From contig CAVZQN010000004.1 of NCBI GenBank assembly GCA_963777505.1, forward strand, positions 1,216,001 through 1,280,000: DNA of 64,000 nt, in the 5' to 3' direction. The notes under the pieces were generated by a model that saw nothing but the letters and a program-made list of their open reading frames with translations, made no database searches and was not told the DNA's origin. This DNA is from an uncultured bacterium (GTDB lineage Bacteria; Acidobacteriota; HRBIN11; JAKEFK01). Of this stretch, positions 29,351 through 40,386 are shown piece after piece. A program made the position numbers and the translations under genes. Every line of letters begins with the position of its first letter. The first letter of the stretch is position 1.

Positions 29351-29574
29351 TGAACACTCCTGATTTTGTTGAACAGTATTGTAGTCGGAAATTGTTAAAG
29401 TGGAATCAGGTGAAAATCGGGGCAGGCAGGTCTTACACTGGCTCTTTGACTGCAGGCGTCTATAAAAAGAGTCGCAAGCCCTCGATGAGGGACATTCTTA
29501 AAAAGAAAGATGAAGTAGATCAGAAGACTTAGATACTGGTTTGCTTCTTGCTTAAGTTCACTCGCGTGATCAGG

Positions 29575-30816
29575 ATGGGAATGATGAAAAATCGAAAATG
29601 GTTTCTAATCACGATTCTTATTGGTCTTTATTCCTCACATTCGCAACCCCAAACTCAGAATTATGAAGTCTCTGTCAATACAGTAACTGTCTGGGTTCGA
29701 GCTTTAGACAAAGAAGGGAATCCAGTTCAAGGTCTGAGCATAGAAGATTTCGAAATGTATGAAAACAAGCTGAAAGTCCCTCTAACATGTTTTGAAGAAA
29801 TTGGAGGTCAGGCGTCTGAAGCTTCGGCGACGACTACGGATAATGTGGTTTCCAAAGAACCGTTACCCAAAAAGCGCCTGGTTTTTTATTTAGATCTTTT
29901 CAGCTTGAGCGGAGCAGAATATAACGATCTCCGGCCAGCAATGAATAAATTCTTAGGTGCTATTCCTCAAAAAAATTGGCAAGTGATGATGGCTGCATTG
30001 ATGCCAGACGGAAAACTGCGGATTCTTGTTCAAACAACAGACGATTTTGGTAAAGTGCGTTCTACATTGGATCATTTGCCGGCACAATCCATGCGTGATC
30101 TTGAAATGGTGAAAAGAAGTAAGGAAATCGAAGGGATTCTTCGTCTGATGCAAGGCACTGAGAGAGAAGGAGTTATTAGGAAAGCATGTCAAACAGCCAA
30201 TCTTTTCGCAATCGAAGAACGCGACACTTCAATGCATTCCTTAAGAGCGCTCGATACGCTGATGGAATCTCTTTCATTGGAAGAGCCAGCAGAGCAGAAA
30301 GTGATTGCCCATTTTTCAGCCGGATTTAATTCTGATCCAGGCAGAGTTTATTACGAGATTATTGAAAAAGTTGCGGGTGTAGATCTGGACGAGATTCAAT
30401 TTCAAATGCCTGAGTGTGGAAGAGATCTTTCGTTCCATCCTTCAAGGAATGTGCAGAAAACGATGGGAGGGATGAAACGATCTAATGTAACACTCTATTC
30501 CATCAACACAAGAGCGTTATATCCGGGTCTTGCGTTTCAGCGCCAGAACACAACGATCAACATCAGTGAATCATCCCTTCTGTCAGATTACAGATTCTTT
30601 CAAGAAGCAATGGCAGAAGAATCGGGAGGGCAATTCTTTCCAAATTTAAGAAAATTTGATGAGAACATAAATAAAGTTATGAACGATTTGGAACATCAAT
30701 ACATTCTTTGCTATCGGCAACCCGAACAAAAAGTGAAATCAGACTATCGTGACATCAAAGTCCGATGTAAGAAAAAGGGAGTTGAAGTAAGACATCGTAA
30801 AGGCTATATCTCTTAA
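29575..30816 (+). CDS. VWA-domain protein (acidobacterial VWFA type)
   Basis: VRALDKEGNPVQGLSIEDFEMYEN at the N-terminus; MAEESGG...QYILCY...VRHRKGY at the C-terminus. Confidence 0.82.
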   Translation: MGMMKNRKWFLITILIGLYSSHSQPQTQNYEVSVNTVTVWVRALDKEGNPVQGLSIEDFEMYENKLKVPLTCFEEIGGQASEASATTTDNVVSKEPLPKKRLVFYLDLFSLSGAEYNDLRPAMNKFLGAIPQKNWQVMMAALMPDGKLRILVQTTDDFGKVRSTLDHLPAQSMRDLEMVKRSKEIEGILRLMQGTEREGVIRKACQTANLFAIEERDTSMHSLRALDTLMESLSLEEPAEQKVIAHFSAGFNSDPGRVYYEIIEKVAGVDLDEIQFQMPECGRDLSFHPSRNVQKTMGGMKRSNVTLYSINTRALYPGLAFQRQNTTINISESSLLSDYRFFQEAMAEESGGQFFPNLRKFDENINKVMNDLEHQYILCYRQPEQKVKSDYRDIKVRCKKKGVEVRHRKGYIS

Positions 30817-30863
30817 ATCTGAATCTAACCGGTAAAAACACTTTACAGGTTAGAATCCAATTC

Positions 30864-31794
30864 TCACTTGTCCAGCCAGGCATAGTTGTAGCTTGCGCCG
30901 ATGCTTGTAAAGTTGCTGCCGCGTGTTGCGATGACACCCTGGCTTACGGCAAATTTTACCGACTGATTCTTTTTGATTGGGAGTGATATTGTGCCGCCCA
31001 GACGCGAATTGTGCTGGACCAGAGTGCTGGCAACACCGTTAACTGCTGTTTTGCCGCCGGTATAATAATTTGCATTCACACCAATCCACATCGCCGGACG
31101 AATGTTGTAAGTCAGATGGAATTGAAAAGAGCCAAGTGGATCTTGAGTCCGTATCCTGCCTTGAAAATCGTCGTTTTCGGTAAAGAGCCAAACTCCACCA
31201 TATATATCCATTTGCCATTTGTTGATGAACTTTGAAATTCCAACTTCCGGTTTAAAGGCCCAGCGGTTAGTACCAATATTGATTAGCTTTGATGGATCGT
31301 ATTGACCTGTCGGTGCAGTTACCAGGAGACTGACTCCAATATTTGCGTCGCGCCGGTGTTTCATGAATTCTTTCAATTCCATTGCCGGTGTGCCTCTAAG
31401 ATTTATTGAAAATCTCGTACGCAAAGTCTGCAAGCCCTGATCGATAGATTTCACGATCTACTCCCTCAACGGAGCCATGGAGATGCCCTGCTGCATAAGG
31501 AAGTGCTACGGTCATATTGGTAAACCTGCCAAATAATCCGAAAGACCTGTAGTATCCTACGCCCTCAAAGTGCAAGTTTGCGCCAGCATCTTCGATAGGA
31601 GCAGTAGGTTCAAAGAGGATGTCGCCAAATGAATATGCATAGCTTAGAACTATCCCATTAGCGCCAACAGGGCCTGGCTGATATGCCCTTGGATCCAATT
31701 CTTGAGCCGATACAAAACCGGAAATCGTCAGGATCAAGATTAGTGCAGGTAGAAACGCACGAACCTTTAGAAGTCTTTTTAATCTTTCTTTCAT
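30864..31794 (-). CDS. Outer-membrane transporter (QbdB/MetA-pathway-like), frameshifted near 31420
   Basis: AQELDPRAY, SINLRGTPAM and APTGQYDPSKLINIGTNRWAFKPEVG motifs across two ORFs. Confidence 0.8.
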
Positions 31795-32085
31795 CTGTTC
31801 AATGTTCCAGCGATTCGATCATTCGAAGCGTTTCTATTATAGCCAAGACACCTGAACGACAAATCTATTTCAGCGCGCCATGAATGCTGGATTCAACTGG
31901 AACTGGTGGGAATGGCGGACTTTGTTGATGGCCTTGATCAAGGTTGTAGACAAGCTATTGCGGGCACTGTTTGAGGAAAGTTGCTTGCACTACGCTCACC
32001 GGTAACTTACAATGTTTCCTTCGCGAATTTGATGGATTTGTTTAAGCGTCAAGCAGCGAGTCAAGACAAGACTGGATAAAGGCGC

Positions 32086-33006
32086 TTGGTTAGCTCAATG
32101 ACTCAATTACTCTTCCGCTTTGCAGTCTGGGTGCTTGCAGCGTTTTTTCTGGAAAGTACAACATCGCATTCATTCGCTCAAAGCGCTTCATCAAATGAAG
32201 CCAATGAACAATCACCTACATTTTCTAACGGAAAGCTACTTCTATTTCCTGGTAACGACCCTTACTCACCATACATCGCTGATCCATATCGTCCCATCAA
32301 TGCCGCAACTTTTCAGTTGAATACCGTATCTGGTATAGCCAATAGTTCCGGAACACGCACCTGGCTGTCAGCAGGCGGACGCTTTGGAATCTTGCGCGTA
32401 ATGCCGGGTGAACCTGTGGGACGGTTGTGGCAGATCAGCATTGAGGCTGGTCTTGATGCCCAATACGACTCAGGAAACAACCTGGATAATATTGGTTACG
32501 ATGGTAATTATGGCGTCACTGTAACGACGGTACACTCCGACGGTCTTGATCTCCTATTCGCGTACCGCCACGTGTCTGGTCATGTAGGCGATGAGTGGAT
32601 AAGAGAGAACGGTCGCGATCGAATTGGCTACAGGCGTGATGAACTTGCGCTAGGTACAACCTTTCAACTTGCAGGCCCTTGGTGCTTGTATGGCGAAGCT
32701 GGTTACGGGATTTATGAACTCAACAAGGAGTTGCAAAAGCCATGGCGCTTTCAAACGGGCATTGAACGTGAGTCGCCGCGATCTTTAGCCGGAGGCCGTT
32801 TAGGCTGGTACGCAGCCGCCGACGTTCAATCATACCAAGAGCGCGGCTGGCAGCCTGATTTTTCTATGGAAACGGGCTTGCTCGTGACCTCTGCCAGCCG
32901 ACGCTGGCGCATCGGAGTACGCTACGTCGCCGGTCGTCCCCCTCTCGCCGAATTCTTCCAAGACAACGAACAATGGTTAACCTTCGGCCTGTGGATGGAT
33001 CTTTAG
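32086..33006 (+). CDS. DUF1207-like outer-membrane protein
   Basis: LFPGNDPYSPYIADP and HVSGHVGDE motifs, terminal FGLWMDL beta-signal. Start may be 32098. Confidence 0.75.
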   Translation: MVSSMTQLLFRFAVWVLAAFFLESTTSHSFAQSASSNEANEQSPTFSNGKLLLFPGNDPYSPYIADPYRPINAATFQLNTVSGIANSSGTRTWLSAGGRFGILRVMPGEPVGRLWQISIEAGLDAQYDSGNNLDNIGYDGNYGVTVTTVHSDGLDLLFAYRHVSGHVGDEWIRENGRDRIGYRRDELALGTTFQLAGPWCLYGEAGYGIYELNKELQKPWRFQTGIERESPRSLAGGRLGWYAAADVQSYQERGWQPDFSMETGLLVTSASRRWRIGVRYVAGRPPLAEFFQDNEQWLTFGLWMDL

Positions 33007-33232
33007 ATTCTTAGAATCTGGGGCATTATATGCGTTGCAACTCCGAAGAAATGCGTGCGTCCTTTCCAGTCAGCCATAGAGCATTCAAGGATACGCTTCA
33101 TGGATCAAAGCGGTGACGGTATTCTTGAATCGATGTACCGCGATTCGTTCAGGTGCGTTAGATGAGTTGCGTTTTTTTCTGCCACCTTAAATATAGCTTA
33201 ACCACATTCAGCTGAGGGGAACTCAACAAACA

Positions 33233-33672
33233 TTGATTGGCCAGACAATCTCGCACTACACCATTCTAAAAAAGCTTGGCGGCGGAGGAATGGGAGTTGT
33301 ATATGAAGCGCAGGACCTGAGTCTCAAACGTCATGTCGCACTCAAATTTCTTTCCGACTCAGTAGCTGAGACTCCGGAAACACTGGAGCGCTTTCGCCGG
33401 GAAGCACAATCTGCATCCGCATTGAATCATCGAAACATTTGCACGATATTTCACTTGCAGAATGCATTAAAACGTACCAATCGAATTCTGCTTTTCAGAT
33501 CGCCGAGATTTATGCTTTCCGTGGTGAGTCAGATAAAGCATTCGAATGGCTCGAACGCGCTTATGAACAACGCGACGGCGGTCTCGGCGACTTGAAAGGC
33601 GATTTGTTGCTTCGTAACATCGAAAAGGACCAACGTTACGCCGCCTTTTTGAAAAAAATGAATCTGCCTTAG
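33233..33672 (+). pseudogene. Internally deleted copy of the downstream Ser/Thr kinase-TPR gene
   Basis: First ~72 codons match the kinase N-terminus at 33768 and are joined out of frame near 33450 to the C-terminus matching 35943-36155. Confidence 0.85.
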
Positions 33673-33767
33673 ATTAAATACCGCGAATCGTTGACCGTGT
33701 AACTTGCGTTTTTTTCTGCAGCCATTAAGATAGCTTAACCACATCTAGCAGAGGGGTCCCCAAAGCA

Positions 33768-36155
33768 TTGATTAACCAGACGATCTCGCACTACACCATT
33801 CTAAAAAAGCTTGGTGGCGGAGGAATGGGAGTTGTATATGAAGCTGAGGATCTGAGCCTCAAACGTCATGTCGCACTCAAATTCCTTCCCGAAGCAGTAG
33901 CAGATACTCCGGAAACGCTGGAGCGCTTCCGGCGGGAGGCTCAATCAGCATCGGCACTGAATCATCCAAACATCTGCACGATATATGAAATTGGTGAACA
34001 TGAAGGTCGTCCTTTCATTGCTATGGAGCTCATGAAGGGTAAGACCTTGAAGCATGCGATTGATGGAAAACCAATGGAGATCGATACCGTGCTCGGATCT
34101 CGGTACACAAATTGCAGATGCTCTCGATACGGCGCATGCGGAGAGAATCATTCATCGTGACATCAAGCCGGCGAATATTTTCGTCACGGAACGGGGTCAG
34201 GCAAAGCTGCTGGATTTTGGATTGGCAAAACAGGGAGCAGCAGCGACTGGAAACACTGAAATGCCAACTGCCAGTACTCCGGCACAACTGACGCAAGCCG
34301 GTTCGACGATGGGAACCGTTGCGTACATGTCTCCGGAACAAGGCCGCGGCAGAGTGCTCGATCAGCGCACCGATCTTTTTTCTTTTGGGGTGGTACTTTA
34401 TGAAATGGTTACAGGTACTCAGCCATTTGTCGGTCAGAGTACCGGAGAAGTGCTCGAAGCCATTTTTTCAAAGCAGCCTACAGCTCCAGTCCGTCTAAAT
34501 CCGAATATTCCTGCTGAACTTGGAACGTATCATATATAAAGCGCTCGAAAAGGATCCCAATCTGCGGTATCAAAGCGCAGCGGAAATTCGAACGGACCTT
34601 CAACGATTGCGAAGAGATTCCTCTGTTGCTTCTAGCGTGGCATCACCTTCTGTAGAAAAAGATACTGCCAAAGTCCACTCTACAAAAAAGTCATCCAAAC
34701 TCTGGATTGGAATCGCTGCTGCAGTTGCAGTAATTGTGTTGCTTGGCGTTTTCTGGTTTGGCCGAAAATCGAAAACGTCAGCACAAGCCGGACAGATTTC
34801 AATTGCTGTACTGCCCTTTGTCAACATGAGTCCAGATAAAAATCAGGAATATTTTTCGGATGGTCTTGCTGAACAACTGCTGAACGATCTAGCTCGAACT
34901 CCTGGATTGCGCGTGATCGCGAGAACTTCTTCGTTTCAGTTTAAAGGTAAGACTGAAGATCTTCGCGTGATTGGTCAAAAGCTGGATGTTGCAAACATCC
35001 TGGAGGGAAGTGTTCGCAAAGAGGGGAACAAGGTGCGGATTACGGCGCAGTTAATTCAGACTTCCGATGGATCTCACTTATGGAGTGATACATACGACCG
35101 CGAGTTGAATGATGTTTTTGCCGTACAGGATGATATTGCACGATCGGTCGCGGACGCGTTGAAAATTACGTTGCTCGGTGAAAAGAAAAGTTCTGTAAAG
35201 TCACAAAACGCGGAAGCATATAACGCTTATCTCCAGGGTCGATACTTCTTACGACGCGCCGGGGCAAGGAGGACTCTGCAAAAGGCGATTGGCTACTTTG
35301 AACAGTCGATTCAACTCGATCCTGACTATGCACCCGCCTGGGTAGGCTTAGCAGGAGTTCACTTTCGGCAGATAGCTTCCGGCCACATATCCTATAGTAG
35401 AAGGACAGGAAAAAATGCGGAACGAAGTGGAAAAGGCGCTGAGACTGGATCCAAATCTCGCTGAGGCGCATTCACTTCTGGGGCGGGTCAAATTGAATTA
35501 CGACTGGGATTGGATGGCAGCAGATGCGTCATTTAAGAAGGCGCTGGAACTTGAACCCGGTAACGCAAGTGCGTTCAGCAACGCTGGAGTCCATGCAGGT
35601 ACGCTTGGCCGATTTGATGAGGCTGCTGAATTGACGCGCAGAGCGATAGAACTCGATCCGCTGAACCCGGGTAACTACTCGAATCTCGCAAGCTGGCACC
35701 ACTACGCAGGCCGACTGAAGGAGGCGGAGGCGGCGTATCGTAAAGCCCTGGAGCTAAACCCAGAGTTTCCCTGGCATACACTTCCGAATTGGTCTTATCT
35801 ACTTGGAGCAGTCGAATCCGCAAGCGGCACTTGCCGAAATGGAGCGCGAAACAGAGCCAGTTTGGCGTGGTATGGGGCTGGCTCTGGGCAGTTTTGCCGC
35901 TGGTAAGAAAAAGGAGGCAGACGCGTTATTAGCCAGAGTACATTGAAGATTTATCAGACTACTGCGGCTTTTCAGATCGCTGAGATTTATGCTTTCCGTG
36001 GTGAGACAGATAAAGCATTCGAATGGCTCGAACGCGCTTATCAACAACGTGACGGCGGTCTTGCTGAAATGAAAGGCGATCCGTTGCTTCGCAACATTGA
36101 GAAGGACCCGCGTTACACCGCCTTCATGAAAAAAATGAAACTGCCTTTGGATTAA
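33768..36155 (+). CDS. Ser/Thr protein kinase with TM, TolB-N-like and TPR domains (several frameshifts)
   Basis: [45 protein letters not shown]...EYFSDGL and TPR repeats, spread over 5-6 overlapping frames. Confidence 0.88.
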
Positions 36156-36175
36156 TGCTGAGCAAATGACCGAAC

Positions 36176-36981
36176 TAGATTTGGGGATCGATCTCGCGCA
36201 TTTTCGAAAGAAAATCCATAATGGCATCTCGAATTCTGTCTCTATGAGCTTTCCTGAGGCAGAAGTATCTGAATCATTCTCGGATTCCGCAGTTGCAGCT
36301 TTATTTGCTTCTTGTTCCTGTTTGTAAATTTCTTTTTGTGTTTTGTCGGATGCTTTTTCAAGATCGTTCAGCAAAGAAGTGAAACGCTGATAGCGTGACT
36401 CAATCGCGGGAGAGTCGATTTGCCTGAGATCACTTCTCGCTTGCGATGCAATATCCTTTAGACCAGCGACTGCAGCGCCTATTTGATTAAGACCTGCCGC
36501 ACTCCCTGTAACCATTTCAGTTGTAGCTTGCCCCATCGCTGTATCTGCTTTTTCTTTTGCTTCTTGCATCTGGCTGTCGATTTTTTCATTCTGTACTGAC
36601 AAATTCAGATACTCTTTCATTCCGCGGAAGGGTTCAGCTAATTTGGACGATGCGGTTCCGCCCTCGCCTTTCAGATAGCTGGAGATCTCGGCTTTCGTTT
36701 CCTTGATTAGTGCTCCATGTCGATAGGTTGCGGTAATGTTCTGATTTCCTATCGGTGGCGTTTTTCCTGACAATCCATCGCCAAAATTAAGTTCACCGGT
36801 ATTTGGATTTGCTGTAAACAGTGAGTCTGTTTGTTTCGCTTCAAACGAATCTTTTGCAGAAGCGATTCCCGCCTGTATTTTCTGCTGCTCCGGAGCCGGG
36901 CGTTGCAGGAGTCTCGGTTGTGGTTGACTGTTTGATGGTTGTAGATGAAGGCAATTTGGTAAGGCGAAATGAATCATCCAT
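36176..36981 (-). CDS. Hypothetical protein with a baseplate-like motif and coiled coils (about 2 frameshifts)
   Basis: AAAGGAG RBS before ATG 36981 (MDDSFRLTKLPSST...). The middle is in the 405-aa ORF frame (TGELNFGDGLSGKTPPIGNQNITATYRHG). The likely end is RDAIMDFLSKMREIDPQI-TAG at 36176. Confidence 0.55.
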
Positions 36982-37152
36982 TTGTGGGCTCCTTTCCACA
37001 ATACTAACACGAACACCTAAACCACAAATCTCAATCCGTTCAAATCCACGATCTATAGATTTGATGGTGTGCGTCCTTCCACAGTAATCAACGCCAGCGA
37101 TATCTTCAGCGCATTACCTTTGGGTATACTGATCCTACTTGGAGGGAATCCT

Positions 37153-39105
37153 ATGAGCTTGCCTGACCGTTGTTTCGCGATGATGCTTTTCACAGTTTTG
37201 TTGTTGCCCAATCCTGCATTCGCGCAGAGTTCACAATATCCTGAGTATCCAAGCGAAACGCCGAAGGAATTTAAAGTCATTCAAAATAAGTGGGATTATT
37301 CGCGTCGCGAAGAAATGATTCCAATGCGCGACGGAATCAAGCTGCACACTGTGATTCTGATTCCAAAGGGAGCGAAGAATGCGCCAATATTACTTACACG
37401 AACGCCATACGATGCATCTGCACTCACATCGCACAAGAATAGTTCACATCTCGCATCAGCTTTGTTTGGTTATGATAATGCCACAGAAGTAATTATTGAA
37501 GGCGGTTACATCCGTGTAGTCCAGGATGTGCGCGGCAAATATGGTTCTGAAGGTGATTACATCATGAACCGTCCGCTGCATGGTCCACAAAATCCAACTC
37601 CGGTAGATCATGCGACTGATACTTACGACACTATCGATTGGTTAGTAAAAAATATTTCTGAAAGCAATGGCAAAGTTGGCATTCTTGGAATTTCATACGA
37701 TGGTTTTCTTCCCCTGATGGCGCTGGTGAATCCACATCCTGCGCTAAAAGTTTCTGTTCCGATGAATCCAATGGTAGACGGTTGGATGGGGGATGATTGG
37801 TTTCATAACGGCGCTTTTCGCCAACAAATGATGCCGTATATGTATGTGCAAGAAGCTACACGTAAGAATGAAGAAAAGTGGTGGACCAGCCATTACGATG
37901 ATTACGATTTTTATATGCAAGCTGGATCGGCAGGAGATTTGGGCCGGTCTTATGGACTTGAACAAGTTGGATTTTGGAAAAAAATTCTTGCTCATCCTAC
38001 CTACGACAAATTCTGGCAGGATCAAGCAATGGACAAAATTCTCGGTGCTCAACCGCTGGCAGTACCGGTAATGCTTGTTCATGGTCTGTGGGATCAAGAA
38101 GATATTTACGGGGCGGTGGCAGTCTATAAAGCGATTGAACCAAAAGATAAAAATAACGACAAAGTATTTCTGGTTATGGGTCCATGGCATCATGGACAAC
38201 AAATTCGTGAAGGCAGCAAGCTTGGCGCAATAAAATTTGATAGCGATACTGCACTTTATTTTCGCCGCGAGATTCTCCGACCATTTCTGGATCAATACTT
38301 AAAAGACAACGCACCAAAAGCCGATGTCGCGCCAGTTATAACATTTGAAACCGGAACAAACACTTGGCGAAGCTTACCAAATTGGCCGGCTGGTTGTACG
38401 AGTGGATGTACGTTGAAAGCAACGCAGCTTTTTCTCAACTCCGGATTCAAGCTCAACTTTAGCGCTCCAAAAGCAGGGGATACGGAATTCGAAGAATATA
38501 TTTCCGACCCCGCGAAGCCGGTTCCGTATCGTGCGCGTCCAATTCAAGCTGTTGGATATGATGATGGAATGTCGTGGCGGCAATGGCTCGTAGACGACCA
38601 ACGTGAAGCTTCGAGTCGTACTGATGTGCTGGTGTTTACCTCTGATACTTTAATTGAACCGATGAAAATCAGCGGAGAACCGATCGCAAATTTAATTGCT
38701 TCGACTTCTGGTACAGATTCAGATTGGGTCGTTAAGCTGATTGATGTTTATCCGGATGAAGTTGCTGCCGAGCCGCACATGGGTGGTTATCAATTGATGG
38801 TTTCAGCAGATATTTTTCGCGGACGTTATCGTGAAAACATGGAACATCCAACAGCAATTGCGGCTAACAAGCCGCTTCTTTATCGATTCGCATTGCCGAC
38901 TGCGAATCATGTTTTTTTAGCCGGACATCGAATCATGGTGCAGATCCAATCGAGCTGGTTCCCGCTGTACGATCGCAATCCTCAAACATTTGTTCCATCA
39001 ATCTTTTGGGCCAAGCCCCAGGATTACAAAAAAGCTGTGCAACGCATTTACCATTCTCCTGACAAGCAAAGCTTTATAGAAATTCCGTTGGTAAAGCAGC
39101 AATAA
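37153..39105 (+). CDS. CocE/NonD hydrolase (alpha-amino-acid ester hydrolase / glutaryl-7-ACA acylase-like)
   Basis: GGAGG RBS, signal peptide, IPMRDGIKLHT, LTRTPY, nucleophile motif GISYDG, GDDWFHNGAFR and GPWHHG. Confidence 0.93.
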   Translation: MSLPDRCFAMMLFTVLLLPNPAFAQSSQYPEYPSETPKEFKVIQNKWDYSRREEMIPMRDGIKLHTVILIPKGAKNAPILLTRTPYDASALTSHKNSSHLASALFGYDNATEVIIEGGYIRVVQDVRGKYGSEGDYIMNRPLHGPQNPTPVDHATDTYDTIDWLVKNISESNGKVGILGISYDGFLPLMALVNPHPALKVSVPMNPMVDGWMGDDWFHNGAFRQQMMPYMYVQEATRKNEEKWWTSHYDDYDFYMQAGSAGDLGRSYGLEQVGFWKKILAHPTYDKFWQDQAMDKILGAQPLAVPVMLVHGLWDQEDIYGAVAVYKAIEPKDKNNDKVFLVMGPWHHGQQIREGSKLGAIKFDSDTALYFRREILRPFLDQYLKDNAPKADVAPVITFETGTNTWRSLPNWPAGCTSGCTLKATQLFLNSGFKLNFSAPKAGDTEFEEYISDPAKPVPYRARPIQAVGYDDGMSWRQWLVDDQREASSRTDVLVFTSDTLIEPMKISGEPIANLIASTSGTDSDWVVKLIDVYPDEVAAEPHMGGYQLMVSADIFRGRYRENMEHPTAIAANKPLLYRFALPTANHVFLAGHRIMVQIQSSWFPLYDRNPQTFVPSIFWAKPQDYKKAVQRIYHSPDKQSFIEIPLVKQQ

Positions 39106-39120
39106 AAATCAGATGATGCC

Positions 39121-40386
39121 TCATGATGGATCTGAATCATATTTCCACAAGATTAAAGAATCAGCGTTTTTGATTAACACACCTGAATTCACCGGCACAG
39201 GATGTGCCCAGGTCGATGCGTTGGACACTTTATATGTCCTGATAGCATCAAACTTCTTTGCATCGGATTCCAGAATCTGAATTTCACCATCGTCTTTCAG
39301 GACTAAAATCGATTTTTCATTTGCAATGAAGGCTGCATTCTCGGCCATTTTCGGAGCTGAGGTCCAGAGAATGGCTCCTGACTTCGCATCTAGCGCAAAG
39401 AGCTGTCCTTGCTTTCGATGTGACATGCCTATGATTTTTCCATCCATATATAAAGGCGAACTCATATACATGGAAATGTCCTGAATATCCCAGACTTTTT
39501 CTGTGGTCCAAATATCCCTTTGCTTTTGAATACGGACAGCAAAAGTTCCTGTATCCAGGCTTGAAAATATCAATAAATCGCCGGCTACAACAGGTGTGAC
39601 GATATTCTGATCGCACGGAGTAACAAAAGGAACGGACCATAGCAACTTGCCAGAGGTTAGATCCACGCTGATAATTTTTCGATGCGCTTGAGCAACAATT
39701 TGCTTAACACCACTTACTTCAACAACGATTGGAGATGAATAACTTGGGCCTTCACCAATGAAACTCCATTTTTCATTCCCAGTTTCAATTTCAAACGCCG
39801 TTAAGGCTCCACCCTTATGGCCACCAACATGGGCAATCAACAATTCTTCGACAACCAGTGGTGACATGGATGCACCGAACGGTGGAGCAGCATCCGGAAA
39901 TTTTCCATCGAATTTTTTCTGCCATTTCAGTGCTCCACTTTGAGCATCAAATGCAGAGAGAATTCCACTGATCCCTAAAGTGAATAACTTATTTTGAGAA
40001 AAGACGGGTGTGGATCTAGGTCCTGAACCATGACTTACTGCACCCGGGTATATGCTATAAGGGGCAGAATACGATGATCGCCACACCACTTTTCCAGTAG
40101 CAACATCGATTGAGCGAGCCACTTCCTCTTCGCCTTCGCGGGAGAAGGTATACACTCGATCATTCCAAACGACAGGGCTTGAGTGACCATCGCCTATCTG
40201 TATTTGCCATTTCTTTGTCAATTCCTTCGGCCAGTTCGCAGGAAAAATGTTACTTGCAATTCCATCACGATTCGGTCCACGCCATTGAGTCCATTGATCG
40301 AATGCCTCCAGATTATTTGTCAGGAGAACTAAGAATGCGATCACAAGAAGTCGCTTAGTGATTATGGTTTTCTGTTTTTGTTTCAT
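39121..40386 (-). CDS. Secreted PQQ-binding-like beta-propeller protein
   Basis: WTQWRGPNRDG and GHSSPVV motifs, repeated D..TG...W blades. ATG 40386 overlaps the end of the AhpD-like gene. Confidence 0.9.
   Translation of the reverse strand: MKQKQKTIITKRLLVIAFLVLLTNNLEAFDQWTQWRGPNRDGIASNIFPANWPKELTKKWQIQIGDGHSSPVVWNDRVYTFSREGEEEVARSIDVATGKVVWRSSYSAPYSIYPGAVSHGSGPRSTPVFSQNKLFTLGISGILSAFDAQSGALKWQKKFDGKFPDAAPPFGASMSPLVVEELLIAHVGGHKGGALTAFEIETGNEKWSFIGEGPSYSSPIVVEVSGVKQIVAQAHRKIISVDLTSGKLLWSVPFVTPCDQNIVTPVVAGDLLIFSSLDTGTFAVRIQKQRDIWTTEKVWDIQDISMYMSSPLYMDGKIIGMSHRKQGQLFALDAKSGAILWTSAPKMAENAAFIANEKSILVLKDDGEIQILESDAKKFDAIRTYKVSNASTWAHPVPVNSGVLIKNADSLILWKYDSDPS

Noticed and set aside
31900-31990. 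Possible RAYT transposase remnant on the minus strand (TLIKAINKVRHSHQFQL)
   Set aside because: Too short, and the HUH motif is absent.
35799-37016. The 405-aa ORF as listed in the track
   Set aside because: Its C-terminal ~120 aa are antisense to the kinase TPR region and its N-terminus lacks an RBS. A frameshifted gene at 36176-36981 fits better.
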